Source: Entomortierella parvispora E1425
Lineage: Eukaryota; Fungi; Mortierellomycota
Length of the DNA: 64,000 bases
Assembly (NCBI GenBank): GCA_020891255.1
Contig: BQFW01000008.1
Span: forward strand, 3,231,401-3,295,400
Direction of reading: 5' to 3'
Both the position numbers and the translations under genes were made by a program. Under the pieces are notes generated by a model. That model made no database searches and had not been told where the DNA came from. It saw only the letters and a list, made by a program, of their open reading frames with translations. Below, in pieces: positions 35,137-48,178 of this stretch (its first letter is position 1; each line of letters begins with the position of its first letter).

Positions 35137-38100
35137 ATGCCGCCAGCCCCTGCCAAGGCCCAGGCCATGTCCATATCGCAGTTGTGCCAGCAGAACGACT
35201 CGGCGGAAGATTTGACCCAGCACCATCACCGCCCCATCAAACAGGAGCTGGACGAGGACCCTTTGGACCTCAGCGAGGATCACCATCGGACCAACGGCGG
35301 CCACAGTAACACTGGCCACTCCTCGGACGAATTTGAAGAGTTTGATGACAGCCCCTCCCGATCCAGAGCCAGCAGACCCGACCCAGCAGCGGAGCAACTG
35401 GCGGCCGAGGTGCTCGGAGATATGGCTAATGTGAATCGATCCTCCTCAGGCTCTTCCTCCTCCGCGTTTGCCGCACCAGCAACACCATTCATCTCTCGTA
35501 TGTCCAGTCTTCCCCTGGTCAACTCTGCCCTCAAAGCCTATGAGTCGGGCAAACAAAACAGCAAAGTGATGAAGGTGAGTTTTGCTTTAGCTTTTGACTT
35601 GTGCCTTGTTCACATCGAGTGGATATTCCTCCATCCCACAGAACTATTTGTTGAGACAGCGACATCACTTTTGGGCGTGGGGAAGCAGGGGTTGTGAGGG
35701 CATGACATTCGATACCCCTCCACAGACGCTCGTGCCCACGGCGTGGGCTGCTGCAACAAAGAGCATGATCATTGCCAAACATATGCATATCTCCCCTTCA
35801 CTCACATGCACCCGACCCTGATGCATTGGCTTGTTTCTGGTGTCCACCATATCAACGCGAGCACACACACACGCTCCCAACGACCTGTTTATTTCTTTGG
35901 AAAATGGTCAATGTCAAACAATGGTGTGGATGTTGGCTCTTTGTTTTGTTTGTTGTCCTCCACAACATCATTCCACACTTTCCCCACTTCCTTCCAATCG
36001 TTATCGCTATTATCCCTTTCAACGATCGCCATGCTCCTCCGACTTTGATCCGCTAGGTTGTGGGGTTGTTGGGAAATGATATTTCAGCTGTTTATTCATT
36101 TCGGGAAACTGAGAGCATTCTGCACAACTCATTCTCACGGATAAAAACGAGATGGATGAGGATCGATATCCATCATGCTTGGCATACCGCTCTCAGGTGG
36201 TCTGGGCTACCTTTCCTGTTGACACATACCACCCCATTGGTCATCAAAGACAGTGAACTGGTTATTTGTCCTTTGTTGAATTCAGTTTGCTGTGCTCTCC
36301 TCGACCATGCCAATTGCTCTCTCAATTCAGTTCACCATCTAAACAAAAAACAACGTTTGTGTGCCTTCCTGCTCGTTAGTATGGCGCCGAGATGGTCGAG
36401 TCAAGTGTAAAGTCGCTCTCCAAGCCTGTATTCGACAAGCTTGAGCCCAAGCTGGGTCAACTCGATGACTTTGCCTGCCGACAATTAGACAAGGTAACAT
36501 CGAGAGACATGGAGTGAGGTCTTTTGATATCCTTCTTGTGCTTGCTCGTACTTACAGTCACATCGTCATTAGGTCTATCCAACAAAGTCAGACGCGCAAA
36601 CCCTTCCCTCCCCTGCAAACTCTGCTCGATCCTCGAACGACATTACGCCCGAAAATCGACCCAACGGCAATGTTACTGCTACCGCCACCGGTTCTTACTT
36701 TCCATATCGTTCCCGAGGAGACAGCATCGATAGCACCTCCTCCAACACCAGTTCCCGGCAGAGTTTTGATATTCTTCGTTCACGCAGCGCGCGTCATGAA
36801 GAAGGTAATTCCTTTTCTACTGCAATTGCGTCATTCTTGAGGGTCCTTTGACATTGCTTGCTAACACCATGACACCATCACTTGCATCCACAGCCACATT
36901 AAGGCAGCGTTCGGATTCTCAGTCGAGTCAAAGGAGTTTCCAGCACCCTCCCGGAAACGGATACTATCCTCAATCGCAATCACACCAACAAGTCAGCAGC
37001 GTTTCTACCGCACCATCCCAACAGTTTTCAGGTTGGCGAGGTGTAGTGGCCACCGTGGGAACAGCCTCCGCGGCCGGAGTGGCCATTTTCAGTGAAGAGA
37101 GCATGAAGTCCCTCAAATATTGTCTTCAGTGGTTGCAGTATGCAGTCCAGCATATTGATCATCAAATTGGTCTCTTGCGCGCCTTCTTGGTCTCGCTGGC
37201 AAACCCTTCCCAGAACCGGGACTTGGTCGTGCCTTCGACTGCAGCCTCGACCTTGGCTTCCATCAAGAAGGAGGTGGTTGAAACCCTGCGCAAGGTCATC
37301 CAGGTTGTCTCTCGGTATGCAGGAGCATGTTTGCCTGATCAGGCAAAAATCAGTGTTCGCCAGTTTATCTTGTCGATGCCTGTCCGCTGGGCGACCTTGA
37401 ACAACAACGAGTCCGTGCCATCCACCCCCATGGGTTCTCCTTCGCTGGGACCCCGTGCTGACAGGTGCCCCGAAGAAGCAGCTGCTCTGAATGATACCTC
37501 TGAGAGGGCTACCAAGATTTTGGTTTTGGCTCACGAGTCGTCGGACATGCTCAAGTCCGTTGCATCCATCTTCAAGGACTCGGTCGACAAAGCCGAGAAC
37601 TGGATGGACAAATTGAGATATGTCGGTGTGAACCCTCAGAACAACAGCGAAGGTCTGCCCAGCTGGGCACCAACAGGATTCCCAGGCACCCCGGGTGGAT
37701 CCATGCCGGGCGGCTTCCCTGGAACAGGCGGCGGCAGCACTGGCCTTGAACAATACTCTTTGCGCCAATCTCAACAACATCACTCGTCTTCATCGTTGGC
37801 CGGAATGAACAATGACGGCGGCATCAGCAGCACCAACAGCAGCCACCCTTCCAGTGGTATGGGGTCTCCCTCCAAGAGTCTCAAATCGTCCCCATTCCAC
37901 CACTCTCACCGGCATGCCTATCGCCAAAAGGATAATGCCATGTCAGCAGATGAAGATTCCGCCAGTGAGGCTGAAGATCATATGGGAATGGACGACAGTG
38001 GCAACGAGCAAGAGATGGACGAAGCTGCACTGTTGGAGAGTGCCCTTGAAGGCGATCAAACTCCTGGGGTGCATGCACCATTGAAGCGCAGCATGGGATC

Positions 38101-38239
38101 AGCGACTGGAAACAGCGCCTCAGACAGCAGTGCCGTTCGCCGGCGCAAGAAGAGAGGGGAGAGCGCAGAGGCTGTATCATCCAATGGTCAGCATCACGAC
38201 GGATATAACCATGTCAAGGAGGAGCAGATGAACATGTAG
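35137..38239 (+). CDS. OPI1: Opi1-family transcriptional regulator
   Basis: AAEVLGDM; PFISRMSSLPLVNSALKAYE..K / YGAEMVES; SLKYCLQWLQYA; KKEVVETLRKVIQVVSRYAGACLP..A...VRQFILSMP; KILVLAHESSDML. First intron ~805 nt. Confidence 0.88.
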
Positions 38240-38551
38240 TGGACATTATTCCCACCCTCTGATCAGCCATTTTTGCAGACAGACAAACAGACAGGCAGCC
38301 CACTTTTGTACCCCCCCCCCCCCCCCCCCCCCCTTCACGCCATGCCTTTTAACTAGTACTCTTACCCTCACCACCCCCTCTTGTATTCTACTCTTCACTT
38401 TTGACCTCATAGTGTATCAACATGTTTTGTCTATAGCCCCCCAGACCAATCGTCTATTTTTCCGAATATTTATTTTTTTTCCCTATAAATATGATTAAAA
38501 GGACAAGTCAACGAGAAAAAAAAAAGGGATATGTGGTGTGGTTCATAGCCT

Positions 38552-40774
38552 TCAAGCATTGGTGGCAGTCTGTTGAAGGATAGTCTCCAATTCTGGACTC
38601 CAGATATCGACGCATTTCTGGGCATTGAGGCTCAGCGCCAAGGCCTTGAGAGTTGCTGTATCGCTTCCTGCGGCTATTTTGAGTGTCGCAGGAGAACCGC
38701 CTGTTGTCGTCGTGGTGGGGGATGGACCGCCACAAAGCATCTCGGATGCAACCATGACCGTCGCCAGGGCCTTGTCCAAGTTCCAGGACCAGTGCCTCTG
38801 ATCCATCATCACCACATTTTCCCCCGAGATTGCGATCTGGTTCATGTCGGCCAACGTCCTCGTGGCAAGACTGTGCGAGAGGATCAAGAGTTTTGAATGG
38901 TGCACCCAATGTGCGATCCAGCGAGACCATTCCTCCTGCATGATCACCTTGTCCGCCGACAGGAAAAAATCATTTTGCAGACCATCCCGCCGATGCAACG
39001 AATGGTGCTTTGTTTTCTTGATCGAGCCCAATACTTCGTTCTCATGATCTTCGTCATCATCATCGGCGTCCTCGAGACTGAGACTGGGCATGTGAAAGCC
39101 GGTGGAGGGCACTGTAGAGGAAACAGAGATGGCCATGTCACCTTCAGTTTCGAAATCCTCTCCACCCAAAAAGAGTCCCTCCGATTCGACAGACATTTCA
39201 GCGACAATCTCTTGGTCGTTTTCGAAAGCTGCTACCGGCTGGTTCCTTGATGAACTGTCCTTGCTCTTGGATGATGGCGAGGGGGAGGAGGAGGAGGAGG
39301 AGGAGGAGGAGGATGTGCCACCGCTCTTGCGACGAACACCCATCACCCAATCCTTGAGATCCTTGATAATGCGGTCTTCAAGCTTCTGAACCATGTCCTC
39401 TTGGGTGGCGATCAAAAACTCTTTTGTCTGTGGAGCGGTTGATTCCATGCCATAGAAGAGCGTCTCCCGGCTCCGGAGGTGATTCATGACATATTGGATC
39501 TGGACAGACAGTTTCGACAGGATAGAGTCTCTCAGCTTGGGCAGACAAGATCGGGAAGAGCAGAGGAGAATGGGGCCATTGGCGCCTGTTCCGCCGAGAT
39601 TCGCGTTCTGGTCCTGATGGTGGTGTTTATGGTGCCGCCCATCCTTGTCGCTATGGTGCCGATGCTTTCTGCTGCGATCCTCTTGCTCCTTGTCGTCGTC
39701 CACCTCAGACTCGTCATTGTCATCTCGTCCATCTCCTCCATGCTTGAGATTGGTAGGGAAATGGTCATGTTTGTCTTCATCGTATCCTTCGTCATCGTCT
39801 TCATTGACATTTCTGTTGTTTGATCTTGAGCCATTGATGCCGATTTCCTGCTTTCGGCGTTTTGAACCTCTATGATGGTCGTCTTCCTCTTTCTCCTCCC
39901 TGTCTTCGTCATCGTCATCGTCATCTTTGCTGCCTCTGCGGGAGAGATTCAAAATGACCATCTCGTCTTCAGATGCGAGGTCATCAGCATTGACGGCATC
40001 GGATGACAAGTCGCCTCCAGTCGAGGAAGAGAGGTCCAAAACGACGACGTTTTGACTTTCCATGCCTCGAGGAACCGTGGCTAGCATTCGCTCCTCTACG
40101 TCCTCAATCAATTCTGCAATCTCGCTCGCGTCAAGGTCATTTCCAATATGAACAGTCTGCCCACCTGGAAAGTTCAAGATGGCATCCCATTCCCTAGGAA
40201 TGTCTTCGTCCTCGTCCTCTTCTTCTGGGTCATCGCCATCATCGCTGTCATCATCCTCTTCATCCTCCTCGTCCTCGTCCTCGTCCTCATCCGCCATACC
40301 CGAGTGCTCCAAATCTTGCGTTGCCAACCATGAGACTCTTTCCTGGGTATGGCAAGAAGCAATGGTCGAATCTGCTGATTTTCCTCTCACGATCTTTGTG
40401 ATGGAGGTGGTAGAGGAAGAGGTAGTGCTGGTCTTGAGAGGGATAATTGGCCATGAAGAGGAAGAGAGAACTCCATTTGCAAACAAAGATCTGAATCGAT
40501 CGCGTGCCGTTGTTGTGGACGAAGGTCCGAAAAAAGTAGCTGGTGGTGCTCCTGCATTGGTAGACAGGTAGTAAAGACTTGTGACGATTAAAACAGCCAT
40601 CGCCAGAGGAAGACTGAGAATCAACCAAGGCCGTCGAGACACTGCAGGGCGATTCGTCTGAAAATCATTGGTCGTGCCAGTGTCATGGAGGTTGCTCTTG
40701 AGTATTGGCTGTTGGTGCGTGACCCGGGAGGCTTGACCAAGGTTAGCGATAGGTAAAAGTGAGCTGGGCTGCAT
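38552..40774 (-). CDS. Uncharacterised 740-aa single-exon protein with N-terminal TM anchor and Asp/Glu/His-rich tracts
   Basis: Long uninterrupted ORF; hydrophobic segment PWLILSLPLAMAVLIVTSLYYLS; acidic runs; no recognised domain. Confidence 0.7.
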   Translation of the reverse strand: MQPSSLLPIANLGQASRVTHQQPILKSNLHDTGTTNDFQTNRPAVSRRPWLILSLPLAMAVLIVTSLYYLSTNAGAPPATFFGPSSTTTARDRFRSLFANGVLSSSSWPIIPLKTSTTSSSTTSITKIVRGKSADSTIASCHTQERVSWLATQDLEHSGMADEDEDEDEEDEEDDDSDDGDDPEEEDEDEDIPREWDAILNFPGGQTVHIGNDLDASEIAELIEDVEERMLATVPRGMESQNVVVLDLSSSTGGDLSSDAVNADDLASEDEMVILNLSRRGSKDDDDDDEDREEKEEDDHHRGSKRRKQEIGINGSRSNNRNVNEDDDEGYDEDKHDHFPTNLKHGGDGRDDNDESEVDDDKEQEDRSRKHRHHSDKDGRHHKHHHQDQNANLGGTGANGPILLCSSRSCLPKLRDSILSKLSVQIQYVMNHLRSRETLFYGMESTAPQTKEFLIATQEDMVQKLEDRIIKDLKDWVMGVRRKSGGTSSSSSSSSSSPSPSSKSKDSSSRNQPVAAFENDQEIVAEMSVESEGLFLGGEDFETEGDMAISVSSTVPSTGFHMPSLSLEDADDDDEDHENEVLGSIKKTKHHSLHRRDGLQNDFFLSADKVIMQEEWSRWIAHWVHHSKLLILSHSLATRTLADMNQIAISGENVVMMDQRHWSWNLDKALATVMVASEMLCGGPSPTTTTTGGSPATLKIAAGSDTATLKALALSLNAQKCVDIWSPELETILQQTATNA

Positions 40775-42259
40775 TTTTAGGCACTAGGATGATGAAGACC
40801 AGCAGGGTAGGTCAAAAAGGTAAAAAAAAAGAGAACCATGCTGTCTTCGTAGAAAGAGTGCAGGGCAGATCGAGCGAGAGTGGCTAAAGTTGGATCATTG
40901 GTCTAGATTGAGACGCGACCAGGTTCAAATTGCAATTGATCGCCAACGGTACTTCGTCCCGTGGGAGCGGGTTAGTTTGTTCAGCTTGCCTGTTCAGGGT
41001 GAGAACCAGGTTCTATTCCACCCTGAAGTTTCGTCCTCTCCCTTCCAGCAGTATCAAATCACTGTTGTTCATGACGGGCGACAGCCTCGGATTGAGTACC
41101 ATGCCTCACGCGTGTTTTGTCCAGAAACATGTGGCTTCAAAGGTATGAAAAGATAGAGATCATTCCTAAATTGTTTGCTGAGCACGCCATAAACACATGG
41201 GCACACAAACAGCAGGAGGTGTTTGTGCGATGCACTGCAAACACGTCGACAGACTCCAATTCGCAATCACACGAGTCAGCTACACTGTGGGGAGTAAAAA
41301 AAAGTGGACAAGGGGAACACTGCTGCGGTCGGTGTGTTGTATCTCTGTGCGTGTGGATACATGTTTGTGGGTGTGGGTGGGTGTGGGAAGGAGGCGCAAG
41401 GTTGAAAGAGCGAGAGAGGGACATGGGAGCAATGGTGTCCAGACCATCGGGGTTCTGTTGCACCTCAGCCTTGACGCCCACTGATCGAGTGTGGCCATGG
41501 TGGGTGGGTCAATTTCATGGGTCACTCACCACCACTCATTTGGTCAGGTACATGCACATAGGGGCAGGGCAGGGCAGGGGAGCGGGTGTGTGGTGTCAGA
41601 GTCTGGATAATCTACGTGTCAAAAACAGATGTGGATGACCTTCCCTTCCAAGGTCCATCGTTGTGAACACCAAAAACGTTTTTCCTCTCTTGGGCCGCCA
41701 TGTGGTGTTTTTGGCATCTGTGCGGAGTGAGAACGGTTTGCTTCGAACTGCATCCTGTCGTCTTTGAATAGAGAAGCTGGGTTGCTACAAGGGACATGGT
41801 ATCAAGAATAGCTACATATGTGTCCTTTTTGGACTGCAGACAAAAGGTTCTGGAAGCTGAAGAAGAGGCAGGAGAAAGGCCGCTCCAACAAGACCTGGGC
41901 TCGAGGAACATTCGACTGTCAGGGCATCACTTTTCTCAATGATAGTAATGAGTGATACCATTGGTAGGACACTCCCACCTCCGTTCCAAACTGCGACCCA
42001 TGGTCGAAACTTATTACCAACTCTTCCCGTTTCCTTCATTGACCATTCTCTCTGAGAGCAAAACCATGTTGGCTCTTGACCATGGGCCAAGGCAAAAGAA
42101 AGTAAAATGAATTATGTATTTGTTTTTTTTTTCTATATTACAGATGCGGGCTTTGGGTATGTTTTTTTGGGTGGGGTAGTTATATACAGGACGGGCGACG
42201 TTATTTACAGCGGAAGTGAATGAGGTTGCTGAGAAGCAGAAGGAAACGGGAGGCGTGGT

Positions 42260-42709
42260 CTACCAAAAGTATCCACCCTTTTTGCTGTTGCTTGTTGTCG
42301 TCGAGATGTTCGTCGAGTATTGAGGACCCGTGGAGGACTTCCGGCGCAAGTCCAAATAGTTCTGGTTCGAGATCGTTGTCGTCGTGGCTGGGTGGCCAAG
42401 AGAGAACGCAGGAGGAGAAATACGACCAGATGTCGTCTTGTGGTAAAGATAGTTGGTCGAGGGCGAGGTGGGTGGTGATGGGTAGACTGCAGATGATGAG
42501 TTGAAGCTTGTCAAAGTGGGCGAGGAAAGAGGCGAGCTGGCCGCAGTCTTTGCACGAGGGAAGGTCTGGAGATCGGCTGGGTATGCATAGCCAAGTGTAG
42601 GGTGCGTTGCCATGGCGTCTGCCTTCTTGCATCGGTCAGAGCAATAGAGAGAGGCTTCCCAGGCAAGAGGGATATGTTGTTCGCAGACGGGGCACCAGTT
42701 AAGATCCAT
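42260..42709 (-). CDS. Ecl1/2/3-family zinc-binding protein (chronological lifespan regulator-like)
   Basis: N-terminal MDLNWCPVCEQHI...SLYCSDRCKKAD (C-x2-C...YCS-x2-C) followed by an S/P-rich tail. Confidence 0.85.
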   Translation of the reverse strand: MDLNWCPVCEQHIPLAWEASLYCSDRCKKADAMATHPTLGYAYPADLQTFPRAKTAASSPLSSPTLTSFNSSSAVYPSPPTSPSTNYLYHKTTSGRISPPAFSLGHPATTTTISNQNYLDLRRKSSTGPQYSTNISTTTSNSKKGGYFW

Positions 42710-43393
42710 TGTAGGTGATATTTGATTGTGAGAGGATCGAAGACTTGGGAGTAGTAGAAGGCTGATGGCCTGTGCGATTGAGTCGAGAGGAGAGTGGTGA
42801 AGGTGGCAGTTTCTGAGCTGTTGTAGAGAACAGAGAGAGGTAAGAAAGAAGAAGGTGTGGGGTCAGGAACACGGCCCGGGTATTTATATGAGAAACGAGA
42901 AAAGAAAAAAGAGGCACAGTCCACCTGTCAAACCACCCGCGGGCCAGCTGTTTGCCTCGTTTTGAGTTGTTGCGATGTGATAGACGGATGGGATCATTCG
43001 CCTTGGGTGCTCTCCTCATCCTTGGCACGCAAGGGAATATCATAATAGAGTAAAGGGTGACTCGATTCAATTGGAAACACAAAGAGACGACAAAAATGAC
43101 TAACGAGCTCCTGGCTCTGTCCTCGCCTGTGATTCGTCCGATTCGTGCAAAGGCCATTCTCCCCAAAAAAGAGTCATCTTTTGAGTGTGCACCTTGTTTT
43201 CTTGCTGCTCCACGCAGCCCTCATTTTCATACAACTCTCTTTTTTTTTGCTTTTGCGTTTTCAAGAGCAGCGACAAAGTGGCCAAGAGGCCATCCACAGA
43301 GCAGGGCAAGCTGGTTTCTATTCTCGAAATTCTCCCATCCTCGCCCGTTCGCACGACTTTTTGTTTCATGCTTACTATAAGAGGAGGGCAGCT

Positions 43394-43952
43394 TCAATTC
43401 AATTGTGGGGTTTTGTGCCTTGTGGGTCTATGGACAAACGACAAACCTGAATACGTGATTGACTGGCCGCTGATGCTCAGGTTGGCCCTTGCAAATAAAT
43501 ATATTCTCCTTGTGGTGATACTGTTCTCATCGAAGCCTTCCGGGTTTACAGTTACAAGGAAGGGGACCTTTTCTTCTTCAGATCCATCAGCGACAATCTC
43601 ATAGCCAACATGCTGATGTGCTGTGTTACTGGTCTGTTGCTATGCCTTCAAAGGGATGGAGGATCGGCTGTTGAGAATGAGGCGAGAGTCACAGGCGGAT
43701 CGAACATAGTCGCACCAAAGTGCACGCCACCGACTTCGTCCTGCTGTCGCCATCCGCAGACGATATTGGAGTAATTGACGAAATGGAGCAAAACTCTTGA
43801 CTGCGCCCATCAACAATAATAGCGGAATTGCTTTCTGAAAGACGTGCCTGGCAGCTGTGGCGGCTATGGTCAAATGAACCACGTAGTGTCATGTTTGGTG
43901 GCGCAATGGCGCCTTCGACCTTCGACGCTGTTCTGGAGCATTCGATCTGCAC
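43394..43952 (-). CDS. Possible small spliced gene of unknown function (~158 aa)
   Basis: ORF 43952-43689 can be joined by a 76-nt GTGCGA...TAG intron to an open frame QQTSNTAHQHVGYEIVADGSEEEKVPFLVTVNPEGF... ending at 43394. No homology recognised. Confidence 0.25.
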
Positions 43953-44246
43953 ACAAGTTGCTTCTATCTACTACAGCCTGAACGCGCCCCTTCTACTTTT
44001 CTCAGGCATGAATGCAGGAGCGATTGATCGAGAGTAGCAGTCGACCGCAGCAGATAGAAACAAAACAGACACAAGGGGGCTGGGACAGAATCGCAGAAAA
44101 CGCTGTGACTGTCCTACCTAGGCGCGCGCTCCCTTCGCTCCCTTTCGTCAAAACAGACCCGCCCAGTCTGTTTCCTCACCCTGACGCGCCGTCATTGCCT
44201 CTTCCATCTGTCCATCCCGTCCTTACGCCTGCAGTAGAGATCCCTC

Positions 44247-47200
44247 ATGTCAGAGCAGGAGGCGCTTCATCAGGACGACCGCGAAGACTGCCCTACGCCA
44301 CCATCTAATCAAGGCATCAGCATGGCATCAGGAATCTCAATTTCACTGCCTACTAGCTCGACATTGCCTCGAGCGGATTCTGCAAAGGGCTTGCAACGAC
44401 TGGCACGGCTCCCTCCAAGAAAGGAGCCTGAAACCGAGGCCACATCTTCAACAGTACCACCGCCTGTTTTGAAACAGGATCAAGAGCCGGGAGTAGAGGT
44501 GCAGGCCGCTGCTGTCGATCCAATACAAACGACCAAACCTGTTTTTTCTTTGTTTTTGACTCCAGATCAGCGGAAACAAAAACAAAAGCAAGAAGCAGAG
44601 GCGTCTGCATCCGACACCAGCAAGGGTCGGCGAGGTCGAAAGCCAAAGCCCAAATCTGGAGTAGCCCAGTCATTGCCGGCGTCAACACCGACCCCAGCAG
44701 CTTCAACCCCAGCGGATGTCAAACCAATCGTGGATCCCAATATCTCCAAAACAGGCGAAACGCATAGATTCTTTCAGGAAGTCAGGGCCTCGAAATTGCT
44801 CGCTACAGAGTCTGCTTCAGGGAAAGGGTCTGAGGACGAGTCCATCTGGAAGAAGAAAAGGTGGCATGGAGTCACTCCACAATCTTCACGACTACCTCAT
44901 CAGCATGAGCATTTTCACGGAAAAGAGACGATCGACACTATCAACGGCGTGGTGGCAAGGATTTGTGGGATTGACGCTTACTCTCCTTTGTCCAAGCCTT
45001 CAGCTACCGCCCTGGATTCATTACAATCGTTTAGTAAAGGTCGAGCTCGGTCTAGCAAGCTGGCTCACCTCAAAAGGGATCCGGACGATCTTTGGTATTC
45101 ACTAAGGTCAGCCCCAGATCTGGGTATCACAGCGCCAGATATCAAGCTGAAGTCTGCAGGAGGTGACACCTGGACACACTGGCGTAGCACCAAACCAATG
45201 AAAAGTTCGGGAACAGATGGCGTACCATCAACATCAACGGGAGAGTCACCGCTTATTGATCGGGAGTCTGTCTTCAGGGAGTGGGCTGAGAGGCCAACAA
45301 GACTCTATAGACCAAGCGCCCGGGATCGGGATATATTAAGTCACCACTCTGATCCGGTTGAGTTTGAGTCGTGTCAGAGGCTTGCTCCAGATCAACCATT
45401 ATGGAATCAAACATGGGCTACCGCATTGCTCTCGACCCCCTCAACAGCCACCATGACATGTGACAGCCCCACAACGGCTCCAAGAACCATACTTCCGTCG
45501 GCCATGGAATTGCCACCGGAACTAAAAGTCGGCGAACTATGGACCGAGAAATACCGGCCAACACAGGGAGTAGAAGTCTTGGGCAACCGCGCCAACACGG
45601 AGTATCTGACGCAATGGCTCCGGGGACTCGAAGTCTCTGGATGGACCCTTAATCCCGAAGAGCAGACTGCTACTGTTTCAACGGTGACCGCTAATGCGGG
45701 GGCCGCTGGGGCGAGGAAACGGCGTCCGCCAAAGCGGGCTCGACGCAAGGATCTCGCGGACTTGGATGACTTTATTGTTTACGGTGACGATGCGGACGAC
45801 TTTGAGGACCCATACGGCAACAGTGGCTATGTCAGCGAGGATGAGAACTACGAATTTTTTGGTGTTGTGAAGCCAATATCGTCACTGTCGCAGGTTGTAA
45901 GGCCTGAGATGGCTGTGAAAGAGAATGATCCGGTCATGGGCGAACTAGGCACGAGTCGAATCCTACCGAAGCAATTCGATATCAAGTCCAACACCATCCT
46001 CTTGAGCGGACCTATTGGAAGTGGCAAAACCGCAGCCGTATATGCTTGTGCCGAAGAGAGCGGATACGAAGTCTTCGAGGTGTCACCAGGAACTAGAAGG
46101 ACGGGCAAAGATTTGCTAGGATTGGTCGGAGAGATGGCAGAGAACCACCACGTGCACGTCGTAGCAGGAGGTCGAACAGCAGTAACTGAGGATATCAACC
46201 ATGCTGTATCCAATGCCGCTCATTCGCAAGGAAGCACCCCAGCAGTAGCGCCTACTCCAGTGAAATCGACCATCCAGTCTTTCTTTCAGCAACAACAGAA
46301 GCAGCAAGCACCTGAGAGTATCTCAACCGAAGACTCTGAGATGGCAGATGCGACCGAGATTGACATCGAAGGGGACTCTACTGATAGCGGTGAAGACTAC
46401 AGCAGGGTGGCGTTTACCAAAGCACAGAACAGCACTCCAACATTGGAAACGCGAATATCACAATCACCGTCGACCCAATGCTCCTCTCCGTCGGCATCAC
46501 CGTCAAAGTCTGCCATGGACGAGGACTTTAAAAAGGAATCAGTCAATGATGACTTGGCATTCCATGAGGATACCCTTTCAGATTTGTACTCCCTTTTGGC
46601 AACAACCAATCCTCGACAATCTTTGATCTTGTTGGAGGAGGTTGATGTTTTATTCGAGGAAGACAAAGGGTTTTGGTCGAGTGTTATGACTTTGCTTGCA
46701 AAGAGCAAGAGGCCTGTGGTCATGACATGCAACGGTAAATAGACGGAGATATATGGACTACTTATGAAGTGAAGCTTCGCCCAGTTTTTTTTGGAACTAA
46801 CGAGTTCTATGGGCATTTTCAATTTTTAGATACTTCAAAGATTCCACCGATGACACTTCGATTTCAGGAACACCTGGAGTTTACACGACCCAGTCTACCA
46901 GAACTTCATCACTATCTGTCAGCAGTCTGTAGGATCGAGGGCTTTATCTGTTCATCCGAGTACATCACTGCGTTAATTCGGCAGCAGGGACGACATGATG
47001 TGAGGAAATGCTTGATGCAGCTTCAGTACGACGCTGGACTCACACGAAAACGAAGACTATCTCCGTATTCGACACCGACGACAATCGAAGCACGCTCCAG
47101 ATCGCCAGCGGAGCAAGTATCTCCTTTGGAAGAAGTTGCTTCGACCCCAAGCCAATCTGTTACCCCAGTTGTTGAGACGCCACCATCTCCATCGCCTGTT

Positions 47201-48178
47201 GCCGCATCCCCTAGTCGAAGGCGGCCACTGAGACTGTTGAGAATCAGTGTACGAGGAATTGTGCCTGCAACTGCTCCAACATCGAGTTCTCGGCCTTCAA
47301 GTCCGACACCTGCAGTCAATCTTGATGATTCTGGTCATCCTACAACGACGGCTGTGCCCCAAATACAGCATGTAGACCAAACTGCTGTTCAGGAACTGGA
47401 AAAACTCGAAGCTCAAGGAAGATATACAGAGGCAATGTCCTTGAGTGATGCCTCGTTGCGTATGACAGCCGCCAGAGTTTTTCAGGTAAGAACAATTGCC
47501 CTCGCCTTTCGACTCTTCCCTGAATCTGTCCAGATTATTAGGAACTTACATTAACTCACCATTTCTTTCGACAGTGCTATGAAATTGATCAGTTCGCGGT
47601 CAGCAAAGACGATGTGATTGGACAGCAGCACTCTTCCATCTGGAAACGACCTTCAGGAGCTGACCATCTATATCTGGACCAAGAGCTTGCAAGTCTCTTT
47701 GAGAACGGAATTGAGTCACTGCAATCCTTCAAAGATAACCATGTCAGTCTCTTTGAGGATTCGATAAAACGTGAGGATCCGGAGAGAGCGCTCGCTGAAC
47801 ATTTCATCCCGTTGAGCGACGATATGTCCAGGTATTTTTTTTTTTTTTTTGTTTTTTCATCATATTTTTGTGATATTGGTACTGACGTTACTCTTTTGAT
47901 CCCGTTGAATACACGAATACAGAGCGCTTCTACGAATGCAACCAGCCTTGGAACAGATCCTATCCATCCAGGCTCTTCGATTCCAGCTCAGATCAGCCTT
48001 TTCTCTGTATGCACCAGCCCTCCGGGCCATGCTTCAGGCACAAGAATTGAACACCATGGTGCCCTTAGGGAAACGTACCATGCGCAGCGGTGGCCACTTG
48101 AGACGACATCTTCAGATGCTGTCGGATCAGGAAGCAGCTTGTCTTTTATCCACTGCCTTTGAGAGTCACCGTTATTAG
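44247..48178 (+). CDS. ELG1: Elg1/ATAD5 RFC1-like PCNA unloader AAA+ ATPase
   Basis: [14 protein letters not shown]; [29 protein letters not shown]; [33 protein letters not shown]; long disordered N-terminus. Confidence 0.9.

Noticed and set aside
40800-42200. Short ORFs in the gap between the orphan gene and the Ecl1-like gene
   Set aside because: No motif, no consistent splice structure, GT/CA-rich composition; likely promoter plus 3' UTR.
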